From Lingula anatina (taxonomy: Eukaryota; Animalia; Brachiopoda): a stretch of 64,000 nt of DNA. The notes under the pieces were generated by a model. That model saw only the letters and a program-made list of their open reading frames with translations. It ran no database searches and was not told the origin of the DNA. How positions within the stretch are numbered: position 1 is the stretch's first letter; every line of letters starts with the position of its first letter. The stretch lies in the NCBI GenBank assembly GCA_051362555.1, contig CM120649.1, positions 8,370,001-8,434,000 on the forward strand. The letters run 5' to 3'. This document shows positions 1-12,631 of this stretch, in pieces. The position numbers were made by a program, and so were the translations under genes.

Positions 1-1166
1 TATTTTTTGAGGGGAAGAAGGCCAGTACCCAGCAATAATTTTTCCAACAATAGCGGCCACAATGGGTTTCCCGGCAATAAAAAGATCTTCAGGTGTAACT
101 GTAGTTACAAATAATGTGTCTGTATCAACAAAACCAACATAGTCTGCCTTAGTATAGTTCTCAGGATAGAACATCGACCACTGCTGGCGGTTGTGGCCTA
201 TGGAATTATATGCATGTGGGTTGGGATCTTCATAATGTATTTCCATATTAGGACTTGTGAGCCTTAATTCTCTGCCAAGCTTGTGATCCAGAACAGATTC
301 GTTGTCCAGAACGATGACCACTTTGGTGTCGTTCGGCCAGAATAGACGCATGCTTTGCATTAAGATATTGTCATATAAGTACCTCGTTTTGTGGTACATT
401 CTTACGAATATGACAAAACTGGGTAGATTCTCCCAAGGATTGCCTGTAAAGAAGGTAACATTTTGGATGAGTGGATTTTCGCGCGGGCCATGATTGGAAT
501 AATTAAAGATATAGAATGACCTAAGTATATAGAATGTCTCGGTAAACTACATTTATGTTAGCTGTATAACAAAAGTACATTAACTATTTGCTCCAATGAA
601 TATAAATGTAATAAATGATTTACTTTCACAAGTAACCCTTCAGGCAAACTAACTGTTGGTCACATACACATTAAAATAGATAATTCATACTTTGACACAA
701 TCGCTTATAATTTACACTGACTAACCCGACTACACGTTTTACTATTCAAATTACCTTGTATGATACATGCCTTAGTATACAATGCATTTCTTAACATACA
801 TTTAAAACTGAAATCTCAAACAAAGGCACCTCTACACATGGAAAGAAGAGGTTACCGTAAAAGGGTACATGTATGTTGTCTACAAAATATAAATAATTCC
901 TCTTAATTTTTTATATCAAAACACAACACAAATATTAACGTTTTACAAATACATGTACCTAAATTACCTGGATCCTTTGATATACGGCGGCCATGACCGT
1001 CCTGCTGTAAAGTAAAGCCTGGGTTCAGTGAGCTATAAAATGTCTCCGGCCAATATAAGCCCCAAGTTTTCCCATTTTGTGGGATATCGGAATAAAGTAT
1101 GATACACGTTACGATGGATAACGTGGCTATTATAAACCCAAAGAAAGAGCGCCTCGTCAGATCCAT
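1..1166 (-). CDS. Type II membrane glycosyltransferase-like protein (GT-A-type DxD motif), 5' part; continues off the left edge
   Basis: Exon 1166-968 MDLTRRSFFGFIIATLSIVTCIILYSDIP...KDP (short basic tail + TM anchor), donor G|gtaatt. Exon 443-<1 after ctttacag: GNPWENLPSFVIFVRMYHKTRYLYDNILMQSMRLFWPNDTKVVIVLDNE...GHNRQQWSMFYPENYTKADYVGFVDTDTLF..., open to the window edge; phases match (1/1). Confidence 0.7.
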
Positions 1167-1407
1167 CACAGTCCACCTCCTTATACATACGACTCCGTAT
1201 GTCTCGGGCTGGGTCTTGGATAATGTGGGTCACTATATTGCGGTAGTTTGCGGTCACTGTAGGGAAAAGAAAATATGCCTATCCTATCAGCTTGTCTTAT
1301 TCAAATCCAGGGGAGACACAACGTCAGCATATAATTTTTAATAACACATAACCACCAAGAAGTCGCATGCGCAGGAGGCAAGGAGGCTCATTTTTTATAA
1401 TTGAATG

Positions 1408-2269
1408 TGTTAAGTTATACCTTTTACACGCTTTAAAACAGTAACTTCATCGTGACCATTACCAAGGGCAATAGTCTAACCACCCCTTCTTAGTTATAAC
1501 ACGAGTCGGTTACCAGGGAGTAATTAGGCCTATATGGAGTAGTGTCTTACCCCATGACTGGCGCTGCGCTTGGAACACAGTGAAGCGTATTAAAATACGT
1601 TTGTAAGTGATGGATATGTGACAGTCGGAATGCTTTAGTGGTGATAAGTTGGTCTATTGACTGCGTTCATGTTCCTGTTTGTTCGTGCTTTGTCCGAAAT
1701 CTCGTTTGATTGTACGCGAGAGCCCAGTTGTGCGAGCGCCACGCCTTGCAAGGACACTAGTTTATGTCTTGGAATGAGACATGCTTTGTATTTTCAGGTG
1801 GGCGCGACTTTTGTTTCTATATTTAAATAGGTTTAAGGTTTTTCTGTCTTATTTTTTGTTTTCTTACTCAGCTGTTTTTTTCCTCTTATCATCCTTCCTT
1901 TATCTTTCCGTATCTTTTTCACCTTTCGTTACATTTATTGTAATTTGTTTTCGTTACATTTAGTTTTTATTCGTTTCAGTTATTATTATTCGTTTTGAAA
2001 AGTTAATTAATCAGTTATTATTATTATTTATTCACGGATAATTCTGCGGTGCGTTGTTCAGTTTGTTATATTTTTATTTTATTCTTTTGATTAAGTTGTC
2101 TTTACCATTTAAAATGAGTTTTTCGCTTCCTTTGGAAGCTTAAGGACGCTAGTCTTACTGTACTGAATAGATGTCTTGGAATGACACATGTTTTGTATTT
2201 TCAGAATAATAAACTGCGTACAGTACTTCCGACGTGTTTATTAACTAATATATACCAAGTGGTGTGACA
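1408..2269 (+). mobile_element. Solo LTR (~860 bp), 4-bp TSD, Gypsy-like
   Basis: aatg|TGTTAAG...GTGTGACA|aatg: TG..CA ends with AATG direct repeats; AATAAA near the 3' end; internal duplicated segment atgtcttggaatga(g/c)acatg..ttgtattttcag at ~1764 and ~2171. Confidence 0.6.
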
Positions 2270-2726
2270 AATGTACGAGTCGCCGAGCTGTACATAAAAT
2301 ATTTCGAATGTACTGTCGAGCAGCAGGCCTAAGCTTTAAGATGCCAGAACTGAGCTTGTCACTGAGTGTGTCACGGCATTGTTGTCCTGAGCCAGAAAGT
2401 CATGAAAAGATGCATTGAAAGTTAAAATCATACCCCGATTTTAAGTATGTTATCTATAATTTCCCTCTTTTTTATTAAGGACATGTTGTGTGTTTTATTT
2501 CTTCCATATTTAAGACAGATAGTAATGTGGTTTCAGTGCAAAGAGAAAGGAAATCAGTAATCAATCCGCAACAGATTACAAGCTACAATTTAACAAATAT
2601 TTGGATATGTGCATGTATATTATTGTTTTATATTGCCCTATATGTCATATATTAATATATTGCGTACCCTCCCTTCCTCCCTTTCTCCCTTTCTCTCTCT
2701 CTCTCTCTCACTCTTTCTCTCACACA

Positions 2727-2785
<59 letters not shown>

Positions 2786-3617
2786 GAGTAAATCCATTAT
2801 TTCTTTACTATCTATATCGTATTTAGCTCATCATAAATAGGTCAGTAAGAGTTGCTTGCGTCATATGATATCTGAGTAAGCCTACCACATATTTACATGT
2901 TATCTTGCATAACACCGTATAATGGTCTGAACGCAAGCTCTTTAGAGATCAAGATTGTCCGGCAAAGGCTGGGTGTTTTTAGTGCTGTTTCCTTCCCTGG
3001 ACAAGTGGAAGCCCCTGACAGCACGTAGGTAATGTTATAAACAACGTCTTTTGTTGACAAAATGGAGAACTAGGCCTACAGTGTATGTATCGTACCAGTA
3101 TATCGTATGTTGCGGTATATATCGTAAATATGCAGTGTGTCATATAGCGTCTGGGTCAAGATTCCAACAATAGTATTTGACTCTGCCGAGTGTTTTGGGC
3201 GTAATAAAATTATATTGTTAATACATCTAAAATAGTTCTCTCTCTCTCATGAGCAGTGTACATATGGATGATCGCTTTTAGCTACACAGAGGTTAACATT
3301 AATGCCCCTCCATCCCACCCCCACCCGCAACTCCCCAAAAAGAAATGTTATATTAAACTTGGCAACCATAAAGTACCGGTATGTCAAAAAATGTTTGGGT
3401 CAAGTTCAATGTCTGCATGCAGTTACCAGCGTTTTATGTCGCTCCTTTAATTGTCAATTTCCTCAAACTGTGTTTGCACTATCTTCTATGCCTGGTCACT
3501 GTTTCACACACATACACACACACGCACACACACACGCACATACACACACACTCACACACACGCACACACACACACACCAACACACACACACGTACAGACA
3601 CACGCATACACACACGT

Positions 3618-3648
<31 letters not shown>

Positions 3649-3796
3649 CACATGTACACTGCGACAGAGAGAGAAGAGAGAGAGAGAAGGGGTTTTTGGA
3701 GGGTTGAATTACCATTATATCAATCGAGATTATTGGGCACTCGAAGTTATTAAAACAACAAGAAAAGAATGCTTCGCTTTTATTTATATTAGAGAT

Positions 3797-6700
3797 ATGG
3801 AGCGCTGGAAAGGTCGAGTTGCCTTGGTAACAGGAGCATCTATGGGTATAGGAGCAGCCATTGCTGGAGATCTGGTGAAGAATGGTATGGTGGTGGTGGG
3901 ATGTGCCAGGCACGTAGAAGATATACAGGTGAATATTTCCTTAAGAAATAATAAAAAAAGTCGACTCATATTTAGCAGTAGAAACTTGAAAGAATACCGC
4001 GTAAATAAAAAAATAAAATTCAAGTAAGTAGTTACAAACTGATGTAAGTTACAAACTTTCGAGCCAGGTTTATTCCGCGTCTCAAAACTATCACATTAAT
4101 TCACCACTTGTTACGAAGAACCTACGGGAGGTGCCTTGGCAACAAGGACCTAGCTATCAAGGTGATATATCTTGTTAATCTCCCCCCACCCCCACCCCCC
4201 ACCCCCCCAAAAAAAGAAAAGAAAACCTGGTTGGATTGTAATCTGAAAGTAATTTTAGTGAGATTGGTTGCTTCATGCACTTTGAAAGAAATTCACTTGT
4301 TATGAGGGATATGTTAAACGACTCTGGTATCTAATATTTATGAAAAAGAACATGTATATCCAAGAGATAGAGCACCATACATGTATACTGTGATTTTAAG
4401 CTTGATTAAACGTTTTAAATCGCAGAAAACTGCAGAGGATCTGGCATCTGAGGCTGGACACTTGATACCTATGAAGTGCAATCTTGCAAAAATAGAAGAT
4501 ATTGAATCCATGTTCAGGGCAATTACTGAACAAGTGGGCGGGGTTGACGTCTGTATAAACAACGCTGCTGTTGCATCAGTAGAGTCAACGTTGATTTCCG
4601 GCCCTCCATCAGAGTTTAAAACAGTTTATGATGTAAGCATTGTACCATTGACATGATCTTTCTCAATAAAATGTTAAATCACCTTGAATTTATATTGACC
4701 AATATCAATTTGCAAAGCTACCAATGTACCCTGTTTATGTGCATCTAAGGGTGAATTCCCAGAGATTTAGATCGATCCAGAGATTTAGATTTAGATCGAC
4801 CTAACTCCTTGGGGGTTCACGCTAAATTGCAGTCAGCCGAGCGCTCACCATAGTTAATTACCCCCTTACAGCTTTTAGTAGGCGGGAGAGACGCTTAAGC
4901 CGGTTAAGCTGACGGTAATCTAGTGAGACTCCCCACAGGGATAGATCGATCTAAAATCTATGGGAATGGGGTCTAAAATCTCTTGCACCCTGAACACTGT
5001 CCCTACCAGTTTATCTCGTTGTATTAAATATGATGTGTTTTGTAGGTGAATTTACTGGCTGCCACCACGGTTGCACATCTCTCCATTAAGTCTATGAAGG
5101 AACGCAATGTGAATGACGGACATATTATTAACATTAGCAGGTAAATCCATCTCTCGTACTCCATCCCTCTCTCCTTCTGGGGATTGCTGTTGATTGTTTT
5201 CTTAAATTAATGTTCTTGTGTTGGACTGCATGTCTCTGATGGGCAGTTTGGCAGCAGTGATGGAGAAAGAGCATGACTCGTGCATAATAGGCGGAAATAG
5301 TTGTAAAATGATATTGTCAAATGAGTATAAAATCGCTTCATTAATTTTTTGCAAAGAGGGCAATGACAGGAAATATACTTTTTTATTCCATTTATCCTTA
5401 ATAAATGCTAAAACACGAGATCAAAAGATATGACAACTAAAAAACCACACAGAGAACATAGATCTCCGCCAAGGCAGCTCGAGTCTCATTATAATTAATT
5501 ATTAATAAATTGTGGTAGATCTAGGTGAGAGTACACCAATTGCACAACGACCTAATCCCAGCAAACACAATCAGTCAGATGGCAACTGGCCGCGCGTAGG
5601 AAAATATTCAGAACTGAGCGCGTGCGCTGAGATGACGTCGTGGTTGAATTTTTGTAAATTGCGTAACCATCGCGGGAATTCATGAATTGTGCTTAATTGC
5701 CCTCATACGTGCTTGTGAAGAATTACGACCTGATAGCAGAGTTCACTACGCGTCTCAACGTCTGCGATTTACCTATGAGTGAGCAGAAATGAATGAGCTA
5801 GAACTCGAGGAAATCGGCCAACGGGTAAATTTTTGGCCGTAGCAACACTGTAACAAATTGAGATATCTCCTTTATTAGAAATAACACGTCTTAGAAAAGT
5901 CCGTAAAATGTGTCTTTTTCAATAACCAAAATACGTGCCAAGTTTCATCAAAACTTATTCGTGGCAACTTTTTATGCGAGCTGTTGAAGTGCATTTTTGA
6001 CTCTATTCCGCTAGATGTCAGCCATATTCTGACGTCATATTCTCCAATACAGAAGCAAGTGAAGGTCTGGAGATTTCACTAAATTTCGAGAATCAATAAA
6101 CTTATAACTTATTTGCACAATAAAATGTCCCTTTGAGTAAAATAAATAATATGCTAGGCGTTTAAATCATTTTACCTTTCTAGATGTCTTATTTCGAAAG
6201 AAGATATTTTATCCTTATATCGCACCTGCACAAGTCAAGCCGGTTGCAAATCCTCCACGAAATTTGCTGTCATAAAGCTTATCTGCACAATCCTGAGTTA
6301 CGAGTAGACCGAACATAACATTTAAATTTTGTTTACCATTACGGACTGCGGCTCTGCTAATAAAGTTTGTTGTTTATTCATAGTAAATTTAAATAACCGA
6401 CGAATTTAAATAATGAGAACGGCTTCAATGTTTTTTCATGTGGTGTGGAGGAGTTTAATTAGTAGGAAGCAAGAACAAGAAAATGACTTTTAATGGGAAA
6501 GAAGCACTTAACTTGCCATAGAAATCCAAAATTTTCCAACTTAAGATATTAGTAGAGATTACACGTAGGTAAGAAACGTATCGAATTTAATAGATTTACG
6601 CTTATTTCTTTCAAGTTTAACATACTGCAGAGGAATATATAGGGTGTTAAGATTCCACTGAATCACTTTTAGACGCTGTCGGTAGAAATACTCTGTGAAA

Positions 6701-9700
6701 CAGGCGGAAAAAGAGACAGTCAATCAGTCGTCCGTAGTAGCATCAAATTAATTTTAAGTTGATTTTTTTTCATAAACAACAGGATCTGCGGCATCACTTG
6801 ACGTAAATAACACATTCCATTCAACATCTTAATTATTCATCTATCTAAAAAGAATCATTAAGCAGCCCCATGTTCGTGTAATCCATATATATACAGTAGG
6901 CCTATACCCTTATCATTTTATTTCTTTGAATTGCAGATAATCATAACCTAGTATGTCGGCCAAAAAAAAATCTGTTATATTTAATGATGACATCGATGAG
7001 ATTCTATTAAAGGAGGTAAATTATTACAACCCATTTAAAACCCCAGCTCGCTGGACAGAAGTAGCTGAATCTTTGACTGATCTGTTAGAGTTAACAAGCC
7101 CTTGCACTGCAAGAACTGTGAAAGAAAGAACTGTCAGGATTCTTGCTAAGTGGAAAAGTAGTGAACTTGCATCCCAAAAAGCGTGAGTAACTGAATATAT
7201 CAATCAAGGACTTTTTTAATTTGCAAATTCAACTGACATGTCTTACGCATCTTTACAGAAAATTTTATTTTTAGATTATTTTTTTTAATTTAAGATGGCA
7301 TAATTTTGCAAGTTTCATTCTGTGTTCCTCTTTTATTTTATGATATGAACACATTGTATCCTATGTTATGGGCAATAGGTTTTCTCTGTAGAAAAGAAAT
7401 TTGTAAGATGATTATGCATTGATCAATAAATAATTTTTGTGATATTATAGGAGTGGCATTCAACAAGATTACACAGAGTTACAGAAACTGATGATTGATG
7501 TGACTGAATTAGAGAAGGAGGCAGAAATAGAAATTGCTGAAAAAAGAAAGACAACGAATCCTAAAATGAAAGCAAAAACTGACACAGAAAAACTTAAAGA
7601 GGGAAAAGCAGTTCGAGATAAAGCACTGCTGTGCTTCTCTAAGAAAGGAAAATTGGATGGTAAGATACTACATTTTGATTAGGACATTGAAATGCCAAAA
7701 GGGTGTTAGAGTTGGGGGTTAAAGAGGATTTTCCTGCCAAAACTAATATTAGACAAATTTTTCCGGAGTAAAATGGCATTTTCCCCCAACTTGCCCACCT
7801 TATATTTTCCATTTCAGACACTCACCATACATCTGTAACAATTTTGGAAAAAAGGCGAACATCAAAACCCGCACTTAAGCGCAGCTTTGTCCCAATAGCT
7901 GACTACTTAGATTTGAATAGGGGACAGTGAATATAACTATGTCTTTTGGTATTGTTTAAGGTGATCTATTTGTCAATTTATGTTTTAAAAGTTTTAATTG
8001 ACCTCAGGTGAGTTCAACAAGTCTCGATTCATGCTTTTTCATTACAGTCAGAATCCTCTTTTGTGTCCCTTTAAGGTTGTTTAATTCAAATATTTCAGGT
8101 GTGAAAGATGAGATGAATGAAAGGCCAGAACAAGAAACCGAGAACCAGGATTCTGACAGTAAGTAGATATTATTTTGACTTGGTTACTAGTTATGAATGG
8201 GAGAGGTTTTTTCTTATAGGCCCCTAATCATTTTCTATAGAAAATATATATTTTTTATCTTAAAGAAGTCATTTTTCTATCATCACCACCTTTCTTGTTT
8301 GAATCTTACTTATATATCTTATTGCATGATGATTCCAGCTGGTGATGTGGAACCTCCAAAACCAAAGAAGATAAAGAAAAAGGCAAAAGAGGACCCCTTG
8401 CTTGGCATCTTGGCGAGAAAGCTGGAGCTTGATGAACTAAAAGAACAGCGTAAAATGCAAGAACTTGAAATCAGAAAGCAGGAGTCTGAAAATCAAAAGG
8501 CCCTTATTGGTGCACTGATTAATCAAAAGAGCAACATATAATATTTGGAGAACTCTACTACTGATCAGTAATTATCATGCCATTTGCTAATTAAAAGGAA
8601 GAGAGAATTTTGTTTATACAGTTTATTTTAATTTGAAAGTTTAAAGTTTTTTCACACAGTTTCATTTTATAATAAATTTTTCAATTTTGAATACTGTGTT
8701 TTCTTATTTATTATTCATAATCATAATATTGCAAATATTCCTCTAAACTTGGTGGATCAATATGAAAAAAATCAGTCGTTTCTGATCCATATAAACAGGT
8801 ATGGCAATTAACTAATAGAGCTGCAACCAGATACATCTTGCCAATAGGTTGAAGACAAAGTTTATGGTTTTTCTTATAGTCTAGGAAGGCAAAGTTTTCA
8901 ACAATTTTGCCGAATGTCCACTCTACAGATATTCTAACAGCTGACATGGAGGCATTGAACATCTGTTGATCAGGTGTTGGATTTCTGAATGGAACCTGTA
9001 TTTCTGGTCGTAAAGGATATGCTGGATCCCCATAGATGCAGCCTTGTTCTCCATTTATCTGAATTTCTGAGAGTTCCAGCATTATACCACTCATGCGGAG
9101 TAAGGCAGAATCATGCCTCGATCCTTCAACTGGACCAAACATATTTGCTATTAATCCATTTGGTGCAGTGATGCTCTGATATTTCAGGGCATGTGTCCGT
9201 TTGTGTCCATTATAGCACACTTGTTGCCCTTCCTGAGGCCTACACATAGGCCGCACAGTGCCGTCTATAAAGCCCCAGCAGTTAGCAAGTGCAGCCCCCT
9301 TAGCTTGGATAGCTGCAGCAAATAGTTCATATCCATCTGTCAGCCATTCTTGGTCACGCAGAGATTGTAGGATATGTCCATTGTTTTCATAGATAACATC
9401 AAGAGTTGTAGTGAATATTTGGGAAAGGGCACAAGATGGTCTGCCAAATACTTCTTCGAGGTCACACAGTCTATTTGGATATGCCAATCTACGTAACAAA
9501 ATGCACAATGCGTCTACTCCGGTTGATACAGTTCTATCTGAACAGATCAAAACGTCAGGGATGCCCAATGCATTTTGAAGTCTGCCAATGTCATCCTTTT
9601 GAAATCTTGTCATAGAACATATTTTTGCCGAGGTTTGGTCATCAAAAACAAACTTGCCATAGTCAGGATCATATGTGGAGTCTCTTCGTCGCTTGTAATT

Positions 9701-11788
9701 TGCGAAGACGAGCGTATTTTCTACGTCAAAGTCGAAAATTTGTGCACAAATCAACTTCCGCTTGGATGTCCAGGGCGCGGCCATTTTGGAACTAGCGGCT
9801 GCTGGCGGGAAAAAAAACGCATACGGAGTGAGACCTGCCAAAACCACTTCTAGCTATCTCGCGTACGTATAACGTATTACGTATTGATCTATACGTTACA
9901 CGTCATACGGAAGGCCTTGCCAAAACTCTCTATTATTCACAAACGCTTATATACATATATAGGCTATACGTACGTACTGTACATGTAGTATGGCAAATCA
10001 AATTTTTTAAGCGATTTATTCTAAAATCTTGGTTTTTCTATAACTCCCACACTCCCTTTTATTTTGCAATATTGGACTAAGCTACCCTGCTATTTGGAAT
10101 GTGGCATTTGAATCTTTGATACTTTTTGGATACTTTTTTTTTTTTTTTTACAAATATGCGCGTTGTTTTATAAATAGGTCAACATATAATCTTCTGCATA
10201 AATGATATCAGAATACATAAATAAAATCAGGCCATTTTCTTATGATCATTTTTTTATATAAACGATAAAATACCATAAAAAACACTAAATAATGATAGAA
10301 AATTCAGTTATCGGCGGGATTATCTAACCTTGACCGTTCAATAGGAACTCCCACAATGCTTTAGTAGTTCAAGGTCATCGTAAAACTTTCCAGGAACGCA
10401 TGCACGAAAGGTACAGTGGCAGAAATATTACTTGATCGTTTTTCTTTGAAATGATATATGTGTTGATATTCTTAATAAAGATGTAACCTGCAAATAAATG
10501 TCCTTTTTGCGACGGTCTGAGACCGCCATTTTTTCGTCATCATTTGAGCTGGATCTTGATTTTTTCTTCTGGTGACAAAACAAGAAATAACACGTTCTTG
10601 AAACTTTGAAATTTTAAACATTAGGTGGTGTTTTAACTTATATCTAAAAATTAGATAAATTCAGGGCCGGCAACTTTTTTCTCGCAACATAGTCCCACCC
10701 CCTACGATACTCATTTTGAGAACGATTTTATTTTCAAAATTCAAAATCGTGAACATATTTCATTTAAATTTTTGCATATTTCAGTAATCCTTTTAAATCG
10801 AGGGTAAGAGCATGGACTTTTCTTATTATCGTTACAAAATTACAACTCAAAACGACCTGGTTTGTTTTTAAACTGGTTTTATTTGCAAGGTACAGTTTTT
10901 CACGTCAGCCATCGCATTTGTCCAGAAACGGCGCTACTTCGTGACGCGGACTCACTGAAAAGTTTCAAATAACCGCCATGACGTTACGTTTTTCACCCGG
11001 TTGCCATCTGACTGAATACATTATTATAACGTCACCATAACGTTTAGATCTACATAAACAAAGAACGTTATGGTAACCTTATAAAAAGTTCTGTATTTAC
11101 TGGGATAACACCGTTCGTGATTTGGGGCCAAGGTCATTGGTATTCCGTAGGAGTTAACTAACAAAATAACTATTGGTACCAGTGTAACGTGAGAGAGAGT
11201 CCCCAATGACAGAGAGTCATAGATCAAAACCTAACATGATATTGGCGACTTCCTGTATCCATGCAAAACGTTTATACATTTGATTCAGGTAGGATAATCA
11301 AAGGGACATCGCCCTCATAAGAAGGCTGCGGTTTCTTTTAATGAAATTATTCGAATAATGCAATCTGCAAAATATGTTTCTTTTTCTTTTGCAGCTCAAT
11401 GGGCCATACTGTACTGGAATATGGCAACTTGCACACTTATTCCGCAACCAAGCACGCACTGAACGCCATCACAGAGGGTCTGCGTCACGAGCTGAGAAAC
11501 GAGAACTCCACGATTAGAACAACGGTTCGTAGTCTTTTCAACCTAGTGTCAAGTGGGAACATTCTTAATTATATTTCAATGTGTTTATTATGTAATATGT
11601 ACTATGTAGATTCCGGTAAATTGTTAAACAGGTCTCTGGTCTCATTTAAAGCGTCTGTGGGCGTCTACGCCAAGGAGATGTTGCGCTGTTGGTCTAAGAG
11701 CTTTTCACGTGCCGGTGTCCCATATATGTGAATATTTTTTATTCATATCACTTGTAGACCAAAAGAGAACTCGTGCCCCCCCCCCCCC

Positions 11789-11862
<74 letters not shown>

Positions 11863-12631
11863 GTGATTTCATTGAACAGGTCATATGCCCGAGTTTGGTG
11901 CAGACTGGTTCCACACAAGATTTCCTCCTGGAGGAGGCATTGCAAGTTCCGGAAAAGGCAGGTTTTGTTTTATTGATTACTACCTGCTACCCGCACATCT
12001 ACTTCAGAAATGTTTTCTCCGCTATACGTCTGTGATTTGTCAATTTAAAAGTGACTTTATGTTTTAAAAATCCCTTATGCCACTTGAACGGTTCAGGGCT
12101 GGGTCCTGCATGCAGATACGTGGACAATTGCAATATGGATAACTTTAAGATAGAAAACTTTCTATTATTATAACGCCAAGAAGGCAAGAAACGAGAGAGA
12201 ATGAAAACAAGAACGTTACTCGTTGCATACAGGTAGGAATCTGTCCAGGAAAAGTGGAGAGGAGGGGGTGAACTGGTTGCTTACATACGCGCGCGGTAAA
12301 AGCAATTCATTTCTTCGATGTTAATTAATTTTTTGATAAAATTTTAAATTGTATATACATGTTATTTCTTTACTTTGCCATAGGCCCTGCAGCCTTTGGA
12401 CGTTTCCGCGGCGGTGATGTATGCGCTCTCTGCCCCGCCTTGTGTTAACGTAAGTGGACCACTTTTTTAGCAAAGAGAAAAGTGAATGAACACTGAGCAA
12501 AACTGGTCAATGTACATTTATAAATTAGTAAGTCATATTTCTCGTGTTATTACCAACACCGTTATTGATAGTGCATAATTACACTGTATAAGGTTGCAAA
12601 TGAAATTTCGATCATATCCCGGAATTTCTGA
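3797..12631 (+). CDS. DHRS11: Short-chain dehydrogenase/reductase, DHRS11-like
   Basis: Exons 3797-3928 ([19 protein letters not shown]), 4426-4632 ([11 protein letters not shown]), 5046-5140 (DGHIINIS), 11395-11524 (YSATK catalytic YxxxK), 11880-11957 (ICPSLVQT; GC donor), 12384-12449 ([22 protein letters not shown]), tentative last exon 12593-12631 ([12 protein letters not shown]). Phases consistent; symbol is by family resemblance and the last exon is uncertain. Confidence 0.88.
4749..4973. mobile_element. PIF/Harbinger-type MITE (copy 1)
   Basis: taa|gggtgaattcccagagatttagatcgatc...gatcgatctaaaatctatgggaatggggtc|taa; imperfect TIRs, 3-bp TAA TSD; homologous to 39998-40212. Confidence 0.65.
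6953..8541 (+). CDS. Transposon accessory protein, Myb/SANT-like N-terminus + acidic/coiled-coil C-terminus
   Basis: Exons 6953-7182, 7451-7659, 8099-8158, 8339-8541, all GT-AG and phase-compatible. [13 protein letters not shown]...WTEVAESL...TARTVKER...[15 protein letters not shown] resembles Harbinger ORF2 proteins. Confidence 0.75.
8711..9784 (-). CDS. DDE transposase (DDE_Tnp_4/HARBI1-like), intact, ~357 aa
   Basis: Uninterrupted ORF from [10 protein letters not shown]; motifs [54 protein letters not shown]. Confidence 0.93.
   Translation of the reverse strand: MAAPWTSKRKLICAQIFDFDVENTLVFANYKRRRDSTYDPDYGKFVFDDQTSAKICSMTRFQKDDIGRLQNALGIPDVLICSDRTVSTGVDALCILLRRLAYPNRLCDLEEVFGRPSCALSQIFTTTLDVIYENNGHILQSLRDQEWLTDGYELFAAAIQAKGAALANCWGFIDGTVRPMCRPQEGQQVCYNGHKRTHALKYQSITAPNGLIANMFGPVEGSRHDSALLRMSGIMLELSEIQINGEQGCIYGDPAYPLRPEIQVPFRNPTPDQQMFNASMSAVRISVEWTFGKIVENFAFLDYKKNHKLCLQPIGKMYLVAALLVNCHTCLYGSETTDFFHIDPPSLEEYLQYYDYE

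Larger units (their letters stand above)
5572..11014. mobile_element. Full-length PIF/Harbinger-group (PHIS) DNA transposon, Pangu-like, in intron 3 of the SDR gene
   Basis: Perfect 15-bp TIRs CAGTCAGATGGCAAC (5572-5586) / GTTGCCATCTGACTG (11000-11014), flanked by AAT on both sides; encodes convergent DDE transposase and Myb/SANT-like genes. Confidence 0.9.
5557..11104. mobile_element. ~105-bp CMC/EnSpm-like MITE split by the Pangu-like insertion
   Basis: at|CCCAGCAAACAC at 5557 and GTATTTACTGGG|at ending 11104 form TIRs with a 2-bp AT TSD; removing the inner element and one AAT rejoins a short element. Confidence 0.5.

Noticed and set aside
3302-3796. His/Thr-rich N-terminal extension of the SDR ORF
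   Set aside because: Translation of (CA)n/(GA)n microsatellites; the real start is ATG 3797 ([13 protein letters not shown]).
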